Positions 36,706-49,839 of a stretch of 64,000 nucleotides of DNA are shown here, in pieces. The notes beneath the pieces were generated by a model. It had not been told where the DNA came from and did not search any database. It saw nothing but the letters and a program-made list of their open reading frames with translations. The DNA lies in the NCBI GenBank assembly GCA_964016885.1, contig OZ024742.1, forward strand, positions 369,086,001 through 369,150,000. Reading direction: 5' to 3'. Every line of letters starts with the position of its first letter. Position 1 is the stretch's first letter. The DNA comes from Eledone cirrhosa. Its lineage: Eukaryota. Both the position numbers and the translations under genes were made by a program.

Positions 36706-38854
36706 AAGCTTGGAAGTGTCACTACGAAAGGCTACTAAATGAGGAGAATAAATGGGAGGATAGTCTCCCCCAGATCAATCCAATAGAGGGACCAGCAGTG
36801 TTAGTTGAAGGTAGTAAAATAAGTAAGGCAATCAAAGATATGAAGACGGGTAAGGCGGCTGGGCCTTTGGAAATAGTTGCTGAGATGCTGAAAGCCTCTG
36901 GAACGGTGGGACACACCATGGTCACCCGGATAGTAAACCAAGTCATACGGAATGGGGTTGTTCCGAAGGACTGGCGTAGCAGCATCATCATTAACTGTTA
37001 CAAGGGTAAAGGAGACGCCCTAGATAGGAGTAACTATAGAGGCATTAAATTAATCGACCAGGTCATGAAGGTCACGGAAAAAGTAATAGTGCAACTAATC
37101 AGAGAGAGAATTGATCTAGATGAAATGCAGTTCGGGTTTGTGTCAGGCAAAAGTACCACAGACGCTCTTTTCATTGTACGACAACTACAGAAGTACCTAG
37201 CTAAAAGTAAACCCCTATACTTAGCCTTTGTCGACTTGGAGAAAGCGTTCGACAGAGTCCCCCGTTCCATTATCTGGTGGGCTCTTAGAAAACTAGGTGT
37301 TGATGAATGGCTTGTGAGAGCTATACAAGCCATGTATAAAGAAACAGTCAGCAAGGTTAGAATTAACAACGAATATAGTGAAGAGTTTAGCGTAAAAGTT
37401 GGTGTTCATCAGGGCTCTGTTCTTAGCCCCCTACTATTTATTATTGCCCTACAGGCTATAACAGTGGAGTTCAAGACCGGCTGCCCATGGGAACTCCTAT
37501 ACGCAGATGATCTAACGCTCATAGCTGAATCAATGGCCGAGCTAGAGAAGAAATTCCAAACATGGAAGCACGGCCTAGAATCAAAAGGCCTTAAAATTAA
37601 CCTGGCTAAGACTAAAGTTCTAGTTTGTAGGAAAGAAAATAAGGCGCCGGTCCCTTCCGGGAAATGGCCATGCTCAGTGTGTAGGAAAGGAGTAGGTAGA
37701 AACTCAATTTTATGTCCCAAATGCAAAGTATGGGTGCATAAAAGATGTAGTGGGATCACAGGTAAGCTAACTAAGAACATAGATTTTACATGTGGCCGGT
37801 GCTCTGGTGCAATAAGTAGCAGCAAGTGCCCACAAAATACTAGCTCTTTCAATTGCGCAGAGGGTTCTATAGAAATAGTGGACAGCTTCCGTTACCTGGG
37901 TGACAAAATCAGCAGTGGGGGAGGGTGCTCTGAAAGTACAGTAGCTAGAGTCAGAACAGGATGGAAACAGTTCAGAGAGCTTATACCACTATTAGCCGCT
38001 AAAGGGTTCTCCCTAAAAATGAAAGGCAGGTTGTATGATGCCTGCATACGAACAGCAATGTTGCATGGCAGTGAGACCTGGGCATTGTGTGCAGAGGATA
38101 TACGCAGACTAGAGAGGAACGAAGCTTGCATGCTCCGCGGGATGTGTAATAGTAATATACGCGAACGGCAAAGTATAAACGAACTAAGGGAAAAATTAGA
38201 AATAAGAGGGATCAGATGTTGTTTAGTCGAGAGAAGGCTACGTTGGTATGGTCACGTGATGCGCATGAAAGACGACAGCTGTATAAAAAAGTGCAGGGCA
38301 ATAAAGATAGACGGTAGCCACAGAGTAGGCAGACCCAGAAAAACCTGCGACGACGTGATAAATTCCGACCTCACACACTTACACCTCTCCAAGACAATGT
38401 CACTGGACCGAGATCTTTGGTGGTACTCAGTAATAGAGAAGACCCGCCTTACCTAAATACAAAGTAAAACCTACTACAGTCAGTAGGCATCTCTAACAAA
38501 ACACCCCCCCCCCCCCCCCCGTCCCACCACCCCCACCCCATCCACACCGCCCCTTTCAATGTAAAGTTATGTTGGTGCCACAACATCCAGGCCGAAACAA
38601 ATGAGGTCGTGTAGGTGTCACGACAAAAAAACACACAGTCCACGCTGTAATGTGGCCGTGTAGGCAACACGGTAAAAACCTCCCAGTCCCACACTGTAAA
38701 TGTGGTTGGTGTTAGGAAGGGCATCCAGCTGTAGAAAACCCGCCAGACAGTCCTATGCGAGCAAGACAACCACTCTTGCCTCAAGTGGGAAAACTCCTGT
38801 CCAAACCCATGCAAACGTGGAACATGGACGTTAAACGGTGATGATGATGATGAT
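36706..38854 (+). mobile_element. 5'-truncated RTE-clade LINE with PHD insertion, copy 3
   Basis: ORF 36798-38456 is near-identical to copy 1. (GAT)n tail at 38840-38854. Confidence 0.95.
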
Positions 38855-39286
38855 AGAGTAATGTAAATGTTATGTGAGATATTATGTAAGCTAAAGCCTT
38901 TACTGTGAAAATACAATAGTATATATAGAGTAATGTAAATGTTATGTGAGATATTATGTAAGCTAAAGCCTTTACTGTGAAAATACAATAGTATATATAG
39001 AGTAATGTAAATGTTATGTGAGATATTATGTAAGCTAAAGCCTTTACTGTGAAAATACAATAGTATATATAGAGTAATGTAAATGTTATGTGAGATATTA
39101 TGTAAGCTAAAGCCTTTACTGTGAAAATACAATAGTATATATAGAGTAATGTAAATGTTATGTGAGATATTATGTAAGCTAAAGCCTTTACTGTGAAAAT
39201 ACAATAGTATATATAGAGTAATGTAAATGTTATGTGAGATATTATATAAGCTAAAGCCTTTACTGTGAAAATACAATAGTATATAT
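38855..39286. repeat. 72-bp tandem repeat, 6 copies, derived from the MITE subterminus
   Basis: Unit AGAGTAATGTAAATGTTATGTGAGATATTATGTAAGCTAAAGCCTTTACTGTGAAAATACAATAGTATATAT. Confidence 0.95.
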
Positions 39287-39910
39287 AGAGTAATGTAAAT
39301 ATTAAAGGGTTAAGGCAATCATAGTGTCAATGTCTTATATAGTTATTAGGATGTTCCTGTTTCTACATTTCTTCTTCCCAGCTTTTATTAACTCCTGCTA
39401 TATTATTATTGTTATTATCAACTCTGTAAAGTTATAAATGGGTGTAAATATTTTAATTTGTTTTTATGTGTAATTGCCCGGGAAACATATACACCAGGTC
39501 CGACACAAAAGAACGAAACTCCTACTGTCACTGTCTCTCCTGCTCTCCCCATCTCTCTCTATTATGAGCAAATGGGGGCCCCATGCACTGTCTTCTCCAG
39601 CAGACAGAATAGAGAAGGTGAGGGAGACATGTTGGAAGAGACATTCCATCTCGCAGGGCTCACTCCTGCAGGTAACCAGTTGATGGTGGTGAGGAGGGAG
39701 GTGGCCCTAAGGCCAAGGACACCAGAGGTCTCCACTGCCACAGGCTAATCCGCAAACCTGTTGGAGAGCGACTGATTTTTGAAGAATTAGTTATGTCTGT
39801 ATTCCTAGTCCAGAAGATAATTTAAGAAGCCAGTGGTTAATTAAGAATGTAGGCTGTGCTGGGACAGCAAGCAGCAAACAGCCACAGGAAACAAGCACCA
39901 CCAATCTCTG

Positions 39911-40812
39911 GGAGGGCTCTGTAGAAACAGTAGACAGCTTCTGCTACCTAGGTGACCGAATTAGCAGCAGAGGTACAATAACTAGGGTAAGAACGGGATG
40001 GAAGAAGTTCAGGAAACTACTGCCACAGCTAGCTGCAAAAGGCTTCTCCCTCAGAATGAAAGGCAGACTGTATGATACGTGTATCCGAACAGCAATGTTA
40101 CATGGTAGTGAGACCTGGGCGCTGAAGGTGGAAGACTTACGTAGATTAGAAAGAAACGAAGCCTGCATGCTCCGATGGATGTGTAACAGTAATATACGCG
40201 AACGGCAAAGCATAAATGAATTGAGGGAGAGACTGAGCATAAGAGGAATCAAATGCTGTGTGCAGGAGAGGCGGTTGTGTTGGTATGGACATGTGATGCG
40301 TATGAAGGATGACAGCTGCATAAAAAGGTGCAGAGCACTAGAAGTTGATGGAAACCGTGGAGTGAGGAGACCCAAGAAGACCTGGGATGAGGTGATAAAA
40401 GCCGACCTTACCCAATTACACCTCTCAAAGGCGATGACACACGACCGTGACCTCTGGCGTCACACAGTAATACAGAGTACCCAACCTCCCACGGGTACAA
40501 GCCGAAGCTGAAGCATATAGACAATATGCACCCACACTCTCCCACTGCAAAGTGATCGTGGAGGTGCCATGGCAAAAAAGCACCCAGCCCACACTGTAAA
40601 GTGGACGTGTAGGCGCTACGGAAAAAAAGCACCCAGGACTCACTGTAAATGAGGTTGGTGTTAGGAAGGGCATCCAGCTGTAGAAATCAAGCCCAAATCA
40701 GTTCCCGTATGAGCTAGAGAGGGTCAGCCGACCAGACACTGCCCACAACAGGACAACCCGTCTAACCCATGCTAGCATGGAAGAACGGATGTAAAACGAT
40801 GATGATGATGAT
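39911..40812 (+). mobile_element. RTE 3' fragment, divergent subfamily
   Basis: EGSVETVDSFCYLG, ORF 40056-40511, a different 3' UTR containing ~48-bp repeats, and a (GAT)n tail. Confidence 0.9.
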
Positions 40813-41446
40813 AAGTGGTTATTTTCAACACTGAGTTAAGATTTCTAAAGCAATGTTTAAGTGTGGCAAGAGATCTATATTCAATATTTATTATAGAATA
40901 TTTCTTGTTCTATTTCTAGCAATAACTGAAAACAGAAAGTAAAGCAATCAATAAGAATGATATCCAACTGTTATACTGTTAGATTTATACAAATATATCT
41001 ACTGTGTGTGAGGGTCTGTGTGTGTAGGTGTGTCTGTGTATGTGTAGGTGTGTCTGTGTGTGAGGGTCTGTGTATGTGTGTGCACGCATGTGATGTGTGT
41101 GTGTAATATGAATATTTGGGAGCAAACTGATTCTTTAATAAGAGGTGCATGAATGTAGATAGACACTACCCATGTGGTGTAGATAGACACTACACATGTG
41201 GTGTAGGTAGACACTACCCATGTGGTGTAGGTAGACACTACCCATGTGGTGTAAAGTTTAGATACATACACCACATGTGTAGTGTGTATCTAAACCTTAC
41301 ATACACCACATGTGATGTATGGTTTAGATAGACACTACAGACACTACACATGTACACACAGACAGACAGACAGACAGACACATCACACATCAACATGTTT
41401 CATAGGTAAGTCAGCAGTCAAACGTATTATATGTTGTTTTACCACT

Positions 41447-42393
41447 GGGACATGTGTGTGGACATGTGTGTGTGTGCGGATATGTGTGTGTGCGGATATG
41501 TGTGTGTGTGGACATGTGTGTGTGTGCGGATATGTGTGTGTGTGGACATGTGTGTGTGTGTGGACATGTGTGTGTGTGTGGACATGTGTGTGTGTGTGGA
41601 CATGTGTGTGTGCGGACATGTGTGTGTGTGTGGACATGTGTGTGTGCGGATATGTGTGTGTGTGGACATGTGTGTGTGCGGACATGTGTGTGTGTGGACA
41701 TGTGTGTGTGTGGACATGTGTGCGTGCGGACATGTGTGTGTGCGGACATGTGTGTGTGTGTGGACATGTGTGTGTGTGTGTGGACATGTGTGTGTGTGTG
41801 GACATGTGTGTGCGTGTGTGGACATGTGTGTGTGTGTGGACATGTGTGTGTGTGGACATGTGTGTGTGTGGACATGTGTGTGTGGACATGTGTGTGTGTG
41901 GACATGTGTGTGTGGACATGTGTGTGGACATGTGTGTGTGGACATGTGTGTGTGTGGACATGTGTGTGTGTGGACATGTGTGTGTGTGGACATGTGTGTG
42001 TGGACATGTGTGTGTGGACATGTGTGTGTGTGGACATGTGTGTGTGTGGACATGTGTGTGTGTGTGGACATGTGTGTGTGTGTGGACATGTGTGTGTGGA
42101 CATGTGTATGTGTGGAAATGTGTGTGTGTGGACATGTGTGTGTGTGGACATGTGTGTGTGTGGACATGTGTGTGTGTGGACATGTGTGTGTGGACATGTG
42201 TGTGTGGACATGTGTGTGGACATGTGTGTGTGGACATATGTGTGCGGACATGTGTGTGGACATGTGTGTGTGTGGACATGTGTGTGTGGACATATGTGTG
42301 TGGACATGTGTGTGTGGACATGTGTGTGTGGACATATGTGTGTGGACATGTGTGTGTCTGGACATGTGTGTGTGTGGACATGTGTGTGTGGAC
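41447..42393. repeat. GGACA(TG)n minisatellite
   Basis: Read directly from the sequence. A short 24-bp TAGACACTACCCATGTGGTGTAGG repeat precedes it at ~41155-41255. Confidence 0.95.
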
Positions 42394-42702
42394 ACTAATT
42401 TTGTATAGCTCAATAATATTGATCTTTCAGAGACAGACAGACAAGAGAGACAGGCAGACAGACAGACAGACAGAGACAGACAAATTTCTGTTTATTTCCC
42501 ACTAGGGCACAAAAGAAAGGGACATGTATATGGGGGGGGGGTTACATAAAAATCGAGTAAGAAAAATGTAATAAGTAAAATTGTAACAAGAAGGTCCTCA
42601 ATAGGGAGGGATCGCTTTGGGGTCACACACACACCCGAAAAAAATATGCGACCCTTCTCCACGGGAGCACAAAGAGAGGGTGCTCCCTTCTTCCTGTTCC
42701 AC

Positions 42703-45700
42703 CTACAGGCAGAGGTAGAGAGAAGGCCCATTCACACGGGCCATTCTCGCAACTTTCACCCACCTTTCATAAAACTGGCTGGAGTGGAGCACCTCTCTCT
42801 CCATCCTGATCCTTCTCCCGAAATGGTATCGGAAGAAAAGGACCAGTTGTTGGCCGAAAAGAAAGGTGTCCGACCTCAGCCCTTTCAGACGCGTCCACCA
42901 TACAACCTCTTTCGCCATGGCTATTACACAGAGGAAGACCGCTTCTCCTTCATGTTTGAAGGGGGGAGGCGGCTTGATCATTACAATGGACTTGGTGGTC
43001 AACCTAATTAGTCCCATCCGTGACAGCAGTTGTTCGACATAGCCCCACAGATCGGCAACGCCCGGGCAGTGGACCAATGCGTGCGCGACCGTTTCCTCGT
43101 CGCGCACGCATCTGGGACAGATCTTTTTCGAGGGGTCCCTACCCGGGCGCCCGTGTCTGTAGAGCTTATCTTGAACGGGCAGAGCCCCTCGGTAGCACTG
43201 CCAAGCCAAGGAATTCTGGAAGTTGTCCATAAGTCCCGGGCGGAAAGTCCTACCGAATAGACTGGCCAGTTCGTCCTCCTCCATGCCTAGGGTTTCTCCG
43301 AGGGCGTTGTCGCACCTGCTAACCACCAGCCCTCTATAGAATGACGAGGTGGAGTCTCCATCGATAGCCTGGTCCACCTGCCAGAGAGCCGTGAGCGCCT
43401 GGGCACACTCGGTGTACCAGTCACCCAGTTTTCTTGGTCTTTGCTTCACCCAGGACTGCAGCTCGATGAGCGAGACGAGCCTCGGGAAGGCTCGCCTCAC
43501 AAATGGGGCCCACACCGGTTGACCGGTGAGGAATACCTGGAGGTGCCTTAGCCTCAATGCGTGATTACGCATTTTTAGCCACGGCATCCACAGCCCTCCT
43601 TTCAAAGGGTGTTGACAGCAGATGGATCTCCTCACCAGAGGAGACCTCTTCATCCAAAGGAAATAAAAGAGGGCGCACTCCATTTTGGCGAGGATCTCAC
43701 CCGGGCAAGGCACGACAGTCAAGCGGTAATAGATGACGAACGCTATGAAAGCGTTCGCCACCTCCGCCCGACCTTTCAGGGATAGTTTGCACTCGGCCCA
43801 CTTCTGGGTCAGTGCAAACACCCTATTCGTCACCTCACCCCAGTTTTTCTCCACCTGGAGGTCCGGTCCGAACAAGACCCCAAGCAACTTCACCGGGCCC
43901 TCCGTCCACCGTCCGACGATACCGTCGGACGACATCGCTTTGCCCCTCCACTCGCCGAGTTTCAAAGCGACTGACTTGTCCCGGTTCAGCTTAGCCCGTC
44001 AACCTTTCGTACTCCTCCAGTAAGGTGCCGATTGCCTCGATTTCCGCGGTGGTCGACACCATTACAGTTACGTCATCGGCATAGGCCGACACCGCTTTGC
44101 GCAATCCCGGTTCCAAAGGGATGCCCTGCAACAACTCCAACTTCCGCAGTAGTGACTCGAGAGCCAATACATACAGAAGGGAGGAGAAAGGGCACCCCTG
44201 TCGGATGGAGCGGGTGATTTCGAACGGCTCCGAGAGGTAGCCGTTCACCTTGACTCTAGAGCAGATGCGACTGCTGTGCATGGCAGTGATCCAGCCCCTG
44301 AAAACGGGTCCGAACCCAGCCGCCACTAGCACCGCATCCAGGTAACCATGTTCCACCCTATCGAACGCTTTAGACTGATCTAAATTTATCAGGGCCCCAC
44401 CAAAGCCTGGTTCATTCCCAACCCTCTCTATCATGTATCGCATGAGGTGGAGGTTGTCGTGGATGGACCTGGACGGGATAGCGCATGTCTGCGCATCTCC
44501 CACCAGGCCCCCCACGACAAGCGCCAACCTCTTCGCTAACACCTTGGCCAAAATCTTTAACTCTGCTTTTAGCAGAGTTATGGGCCTAAAATTACTAATG
44601 TCATCCCCCTTGTTCTCGTCCTTCCTCACTAGCGAGACTACGCCCTTGGTCACAGAACAGGGAATTCTCCCGTTCTGTTGCCAGTTGCAGTAGACCGCCT
44701 CGAGGAGATCGGGGAACAAATCCGGCATATTAATATATAGTTCGTAGGGCAGACCATCGAGCCCTGGAGGTTTGTGTTTGCCGCATAGGCTCAGCACGTC
44801 CCCTATTTCAGCAGCTGAGATCGGCCCGTCGCAAGTCCTCGCCTCCTTGTCCGAAAGACGCGGCAGGCCGTCGAGGTATGGACCGAAATCCACATCTCCA
44901 ACCGGCCCCCCGCCCCTCCCGAACAATCGGGCAAAATGCCTTTGAAAGGCCTCGCACATTTGCTTAGGTTCAAGGATCACCCGTCCATCCTGGTCTCGCA
45001 AAGACCAGATAGTGGATCTAATCCCACTTTTCGCTTCTGTCACGCGGGCCCAGCTAACAGCTTTGGTCCCCTCGTTTCCCAGAGCACGTATTTTGCTTCG
45101 GACAACACAGCCTTCGTGTTCCGCGTCGAAGAACTGGCTCAAGGCCGTTCTCGACGCTTGCACTCTGGCCACGTTGCCGCTTCTCATTGCCTCTTCAACA
45201 TTAACTACCAATTCCCTTTCCTTCCTATTTCTATCTGAGGCTAACTCCTTACTAACTCCTATTGAAACTACTCTAATCTCTCTTTTTAGAGAGCCCCACC
45301 ACCTGCTGTTGACGATGGCGCCCGTCAACCGCTCCTTAACTAAGGTTCTAATCCGGTCCCTGTAAGCTCTACTTGCCGGTAAGGACAAGTTGAGCTTCCA
45401 GTAACCGGGTCCCTGCCTATGCGTTCTATCAAGGTGGACTACGCAGGTCACTAACTTGTGGTCTGAATAGCCCACCATGAGCATTTCTGGACAACTTAAA
45501 AAGTCCCTATCCTTAATTCTAACTAAGAACCCATCTAGGTACGATCTAGATTGACCACTGTTATTTGACCAAGTCCAGGTTGGCACAGTCGGAAAATCTA
45601 GTTGATATCTATCGGCCAGGTCAAATCGGCCAATTAACGCCTTGAGGCTGTTACACCCCTCTCTATCGGGACATGCCTCTACATAGTCCCAACGTGCATC

Positions 45701-46144
45701 TAGGATACCATTCCAGTCCCCCACTAAAAGCAAGAAGCGGGACGTCCCTAGAAAAGTCTCCAGACGATGGAAGAAGTCCGACCACATTGCCCCAAAAGGG
45801 GCGTATACGGCGACAAGCCTAAAAGCTTCGCCTTCACCACTGCCAAGGTCCAGAACCACGAGTCGACCCTCCGGGTCCAAGTGTACCGTCTGTGTAGCGA
45901 GACCCAGATGTTTTTGCAGCAGAACGACAACCCCACCCCCACCCCCACCTCCGGGCTGACAGAGAGATGCGTGCATCTCAAAGTCATCAAAGGTGGGGGC
46001 TAGCTGTCGCACGCTGCTGATCCGGGCCTCGCAAATAACCATCACATTTATACATTGTGACCTGAGGTCATTTAGAAGTTTAGCTTGCTTCCAAGGTGAG
46101 CCCAGGCCACGCGCATTTAGACAACCTACTCTTAACACAGCCAT
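42703..46144 (-). pseudogene. Tx1 ORF2: APE endonuclease, reverse transcriptase and CCHC, with a frameshift near 43990
   Basis: CLNARGL, GDWN, SDHKLV, GPGYWKLN, PGLDGLPYELY, FRPITLL, LDQSKAFDRVEH, RQGCP, AYADD and CPRC..ETVAHALVHC, split over ORFs 43991-46207 and 42703-43965. Confidence 0.93.
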
Positions 46145-46167
46145 GTAGGTGGTAAAGAAAGAGGCAC

Positions 46168-47871
46168 TTACCTCTGCGTCCCGGGGTCCGGGCTGCTCAG
46201 TTTCCATGGGGCTGGTGGAGGGGTTGTTGGGTGGGGTGGGGGTATTAGTGTGTGGAGGGGTTGGGGTGTTTGGAGTTGTGTGGGTGTTTGAGGAGGGGAG
46301 GGGAGGGGAAAACCTTTCAGGAGGACACGGTTGAGTGGCCTGGTGCAGGGTGGCCCCACGTCCTCAGGGTAAATGTTTTTCAATGTTTTGAAAATGTCAA
46401 GTTGGACTTTCACCATTTTCAGGTTAGGGAGTCCCATTGCCATTGCAAAATTCGGCCCTTCGGTTTCTACCGAAGGGTTGTTTTCTATTTTTTCCGTTAA
46501 GTTTTTATTGTTTTTGTTTATGTATGTGCAGAGTTTTTGCTTGTTGTTTTTGAGTGAGTTTGCGTTTTGTTGTCTGTGTTGTGTTGTCAGGTGGGGTTAT
46601 TTTTGTTTGTGTGGTGTGTGTACGTCTTTTCCTTTTCACGTTTTGGAAGAGAGCCCCCTCGTCTTCCGACGATATGAGCTCCTCTTCCGTATTGGAGGGG
46701 AGGGGTATATTTCTAGGTTGTGTATGAACTGCGTGTGTTTTTGTATTTGTGTTCTGTGGGGAGGGGCTGGGTGGGACCGTGTTTTGGGTTGTTTTCTTGA
46801 GCTGTTGTTGATGTGGTGGTGGAGGTGGTGTTGTTGGTTTTTGTTGTCGTTGTGGTGGTGATGGTAGTGTATTTTGTTGATTTTGTGGTGGTGGTGCTGG
46901 TTGTTTTTGTTGTTGTGGTGTTTGTAGCAGTGGTTTTTTTGTTGTTAGTAGAGGGCAGGCCGTCCTCAGGTGACCTCTGCCAGCGCAGTGGTAACATGAG
47001 GGTCTCCTGCCTTCCACCGTAATATTGATAAAGGTTCGCCCATCCAGTAGGACTCGGTCGGGTATTCCGGCGATTCTCTCAGGTGTCATCTGTAAGAGAA
47101 CCTCCAGACTTTTCCCCCCGAACAGTCCACTGGTGGACTCCCCTGCTGATATAAGGATGTCCTTTTCTAGGTCCGTAAATCCTGTCAGGACGGACCAGAT
47201 GTTTATTTCTGGCGTTGAGCTCCACATTCTTAGTCTCTGAGTTCTTCTTCCTTTATACGTGGGAAAGAAGGTGTATTGTGGTGACACTATAGGTGCCACC
47301 GAGCATTTTTGAGCCAGCATTTCGTCCTTCATTCGGACCATAATGCTGGCATACAGCTTTCCTCTTTCAATAAAGAGTATGTCTTCTTTTATATCTTTCA
47401 GCACCAGCTCAATTTGACTTTCTGTCAATTGAGCTGGCTTTCTTGTTGTGTTGGATATCGTCCTGAAGGTTATGGTATTCCTATATACCTGTTGACGAAC
47501 TTCTTCTGGGGAGTTGATTGTAAAAGAACCATCCTCCCCAAAAGATATGTATTTTCTGGCATTTAGCAAGTTCTGCTTAGCGTTTGTGATGTCTATTGGC
47601 TTGTACTCGATAGCTTTCCTGACCTTTTGGGCAAAAGAAATTTTGTTGTCTTTGTTGCAATGTTGTTGGTTTCATCTTTTGTGGTGTTTATTTTCTTGTT
47701 ATTTTTTTCTTCAAAATTTATGTTTTCACTCGAATTAATATTCTTTTTTTCATTCGAAAGGAGGGGCTGTTCAACAGTTTGAATTGTTGTTCCCTCTTTC
47801 TCGCTTTTTTTGGTAGGCGTGGCGTTAGCTTCCAATATGGTTTCCTCGTTTTCAACGATATCGATGAACAT
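46168..47871 (-). pseudogene. Tx1 ORF1 (gag-like, one CCHC knuckle), apparently split by two frameshifts
   Basis: ORFs 47593-47871, 46505-47569 (VEGRRPSCYHCAGRGHLRTAC, then a P/Q/T-rich tract) and 46168-46443. Confidence 0.78.
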
Positions 47872-48924
47872 TTTGAATTAAATATTTTTCACCCCAAAAG
47901 GGGTGAAAATATATTTACCCTACGTCTACAGTCCCAGACTAGGGGTTAGAGTCAATAATAGAAAAACAATTTAAATAATACACTCACAAATAATCCAAGA
48001 TTCCAAATCGAAGAGCCGATGTGCAAGACGTCTACTATCAAAGACAGACAGACAGACAGACACACAGACAGAGACAGACAGACAGACAGACAGACAGAGA
48101 CAGACAGAGAGAGACAGACAGAGAGAGAGAGACAGATAGACAGAGAGAGACAGACAGACAGACGTGGCCAATTTTGTAAGAAGTTGTAGGTGAGTGTGGT
48201 TGATGAAAACCTGTGGAATTCTGGTAGTTATATAAAACGGAAGTGACTTTAGAAGACTGGCTGATAATAATAACCAGTTGATATTAGCTGTGATTATATT
48301 AAGTGGCTTTCACTATGGTAATGTATATAAAGTGGGAAATGAAAGGTAAAAATCAACAATCCACATATGAGAAAATACATTTACAGGTCACATACTTATG
48401 TAGGTAACTGACCTCCTATAGGGTTGTATCTTGTAGGTTTCTGGGTGTTTTAATGATAGGGACCTTAGTCCTATCATGTTGTTGCAGCTCACACCTATGT
48501 AGGTTTAGCTGGCCTCTTATAAGGTTACATCTCATAGGAGGTTTCTTATGTCATTATATAGGACCCAGTACTGTCATCAAAGGCAATCTGAGATGAAACA
48601 TCTTGCTCAGGAACACAAAATGCCACCCTTATCACAAAATCAAACCCACCCAGAACCTTATGAATCCAACGCCCTAACCACTAGGCCACATATAAATATC
48701 AAAATAAACTAAGGGAAATAACTCAATATGGCCAATGAGAAGAATTTAAATAAGGAATAAACTGAATGACAGAATTTAAATAAGGAATAAACTGAATGAC
48801 AGAATTTAAATAAGGAATGAACTGAATGACAGGTAAAAAAGTTTTAATTAGTTGTAGAAAACCTGAGGCTAATTGGTACAAACTCAACAATTAATGCAGG
48901 AAATTTGTCTTGCTTCAACGATGA

Positions 48925-49731
48925 CGGTGGTGGTGTTGTTGGTAGTAGTGGTAGTAGAGGTAGTGGTGGTGGTAGTGATGGTAGTAATGGCGGTGGTGGT
49001 AGTTGTAGTGGTGGTAGTGGTAGTGGTGGTGGTGGTGGTGGTGGTAGTGGTGGTAGTGGTAGTAGTGGTAGTGGTGGTAGTGGTGGTAGTGGTAGTAGTG
49101 GTAGTGGTGGTAGTGGTAGTAGTGGTAGTGGTGGTAGTAGTGGTAGTGGTGGTAGTAGTGGTAGTGGTGGTAGTGGTGGTGGTGGTAGTAGTGATGGTAG
49201 TGGTGGTGGTAGTAGTGGTGGTAGTGGTGGTGGTAGTGGTGGTAGTAGTGGTGTTAGTGGTGGTGGTGGTGGTGGTGGTAGTAGTGGTGGTGGTGGTGGT
49301 GGTAGTAGTGGTGGTGGTAGTAGTGGTGGTAGTGGTGGTGGTAGTGGTGGTAGTGGTGGTAGTAGTGGTGTTAGTGGTGGTGGTGGTGGTGGTAGTAGTA
49401 GTGGTGGTGGTAGTAGTGGTGGTAGTGGTGGTGGTAGTAGTGGTGGTAGTGGTGGTGGTAGTAGTGGTGGTAGTGGTGGTAGTGGTGGTGGTAGTAGTGG
49501 TGGTGGTGGTGGTGGTGGTAGTAGTGGTGGTGGTGGTGGTGGTAGTAGTGGTGGTGGTAGTAGTGGTGGTAGTGGTGGTGGTAGTGGTGGTAGTGGTGGT
49601 AGTAGTGGTGTTAGTGGTGGTGGTGGTGGTGGTAGTAGTAGTGGTGGTGGTAGTAGTGGTGGTAGTGGTGGTGGTAGTAGTGGTGGTAGTGGTGGTAGTG
49701 GTGGTGGTAGTGGTGGTAGTAGTGGTGGTGG
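48925..49731. repeat. (GGT/AGT)n trinucleotide tract
   Basis: Read directly from the sequence. Confidence 0.95.
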
Positions 49732-49839
49732 CAGTGACAATGGTTCAGTCTATATAAGCCCCTAAGCCCTACAACACTATTAGGAGACAATATTTACTGA
49801 TTTTTAACAAGTTGGACATTCTAAACTGTCTCAGGACAA

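Larger units (their letters stand above)
36522..39313. mobile_element. piggyBac-like MITE family 1 split by an RTE insertion
   Basis: TTAA-CCCTTTAGTATTTA at 36522 and TAAATATTAAAGGG-TTAA ending at 39313. The internal sequence matches 12826-13040. Confidence 0.82.
42484..48040 (-). mobile_element. Apparently full-length Tx1/L1-clade LINE (~5.5 kb)
   Basis: 5' UTR, ORF1, ORF2 (APE-RT-CCHC) and a 3' UTR ending AAATAAACAGAAAT. (GACA)n tracts flank both sides. Confidence 0.92.

Noticed and set aside
39458-39748. Possible exon or LTR-gag remnant (GC-richer patch)
   Set aside because: No recognisable motif, PBS or paired LTR. It needs a database search.
48844-49765. Gly/Ser-rich or Pro-rich protein
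   Set aside because: Pure GGT/AGT trinucleotide tract.
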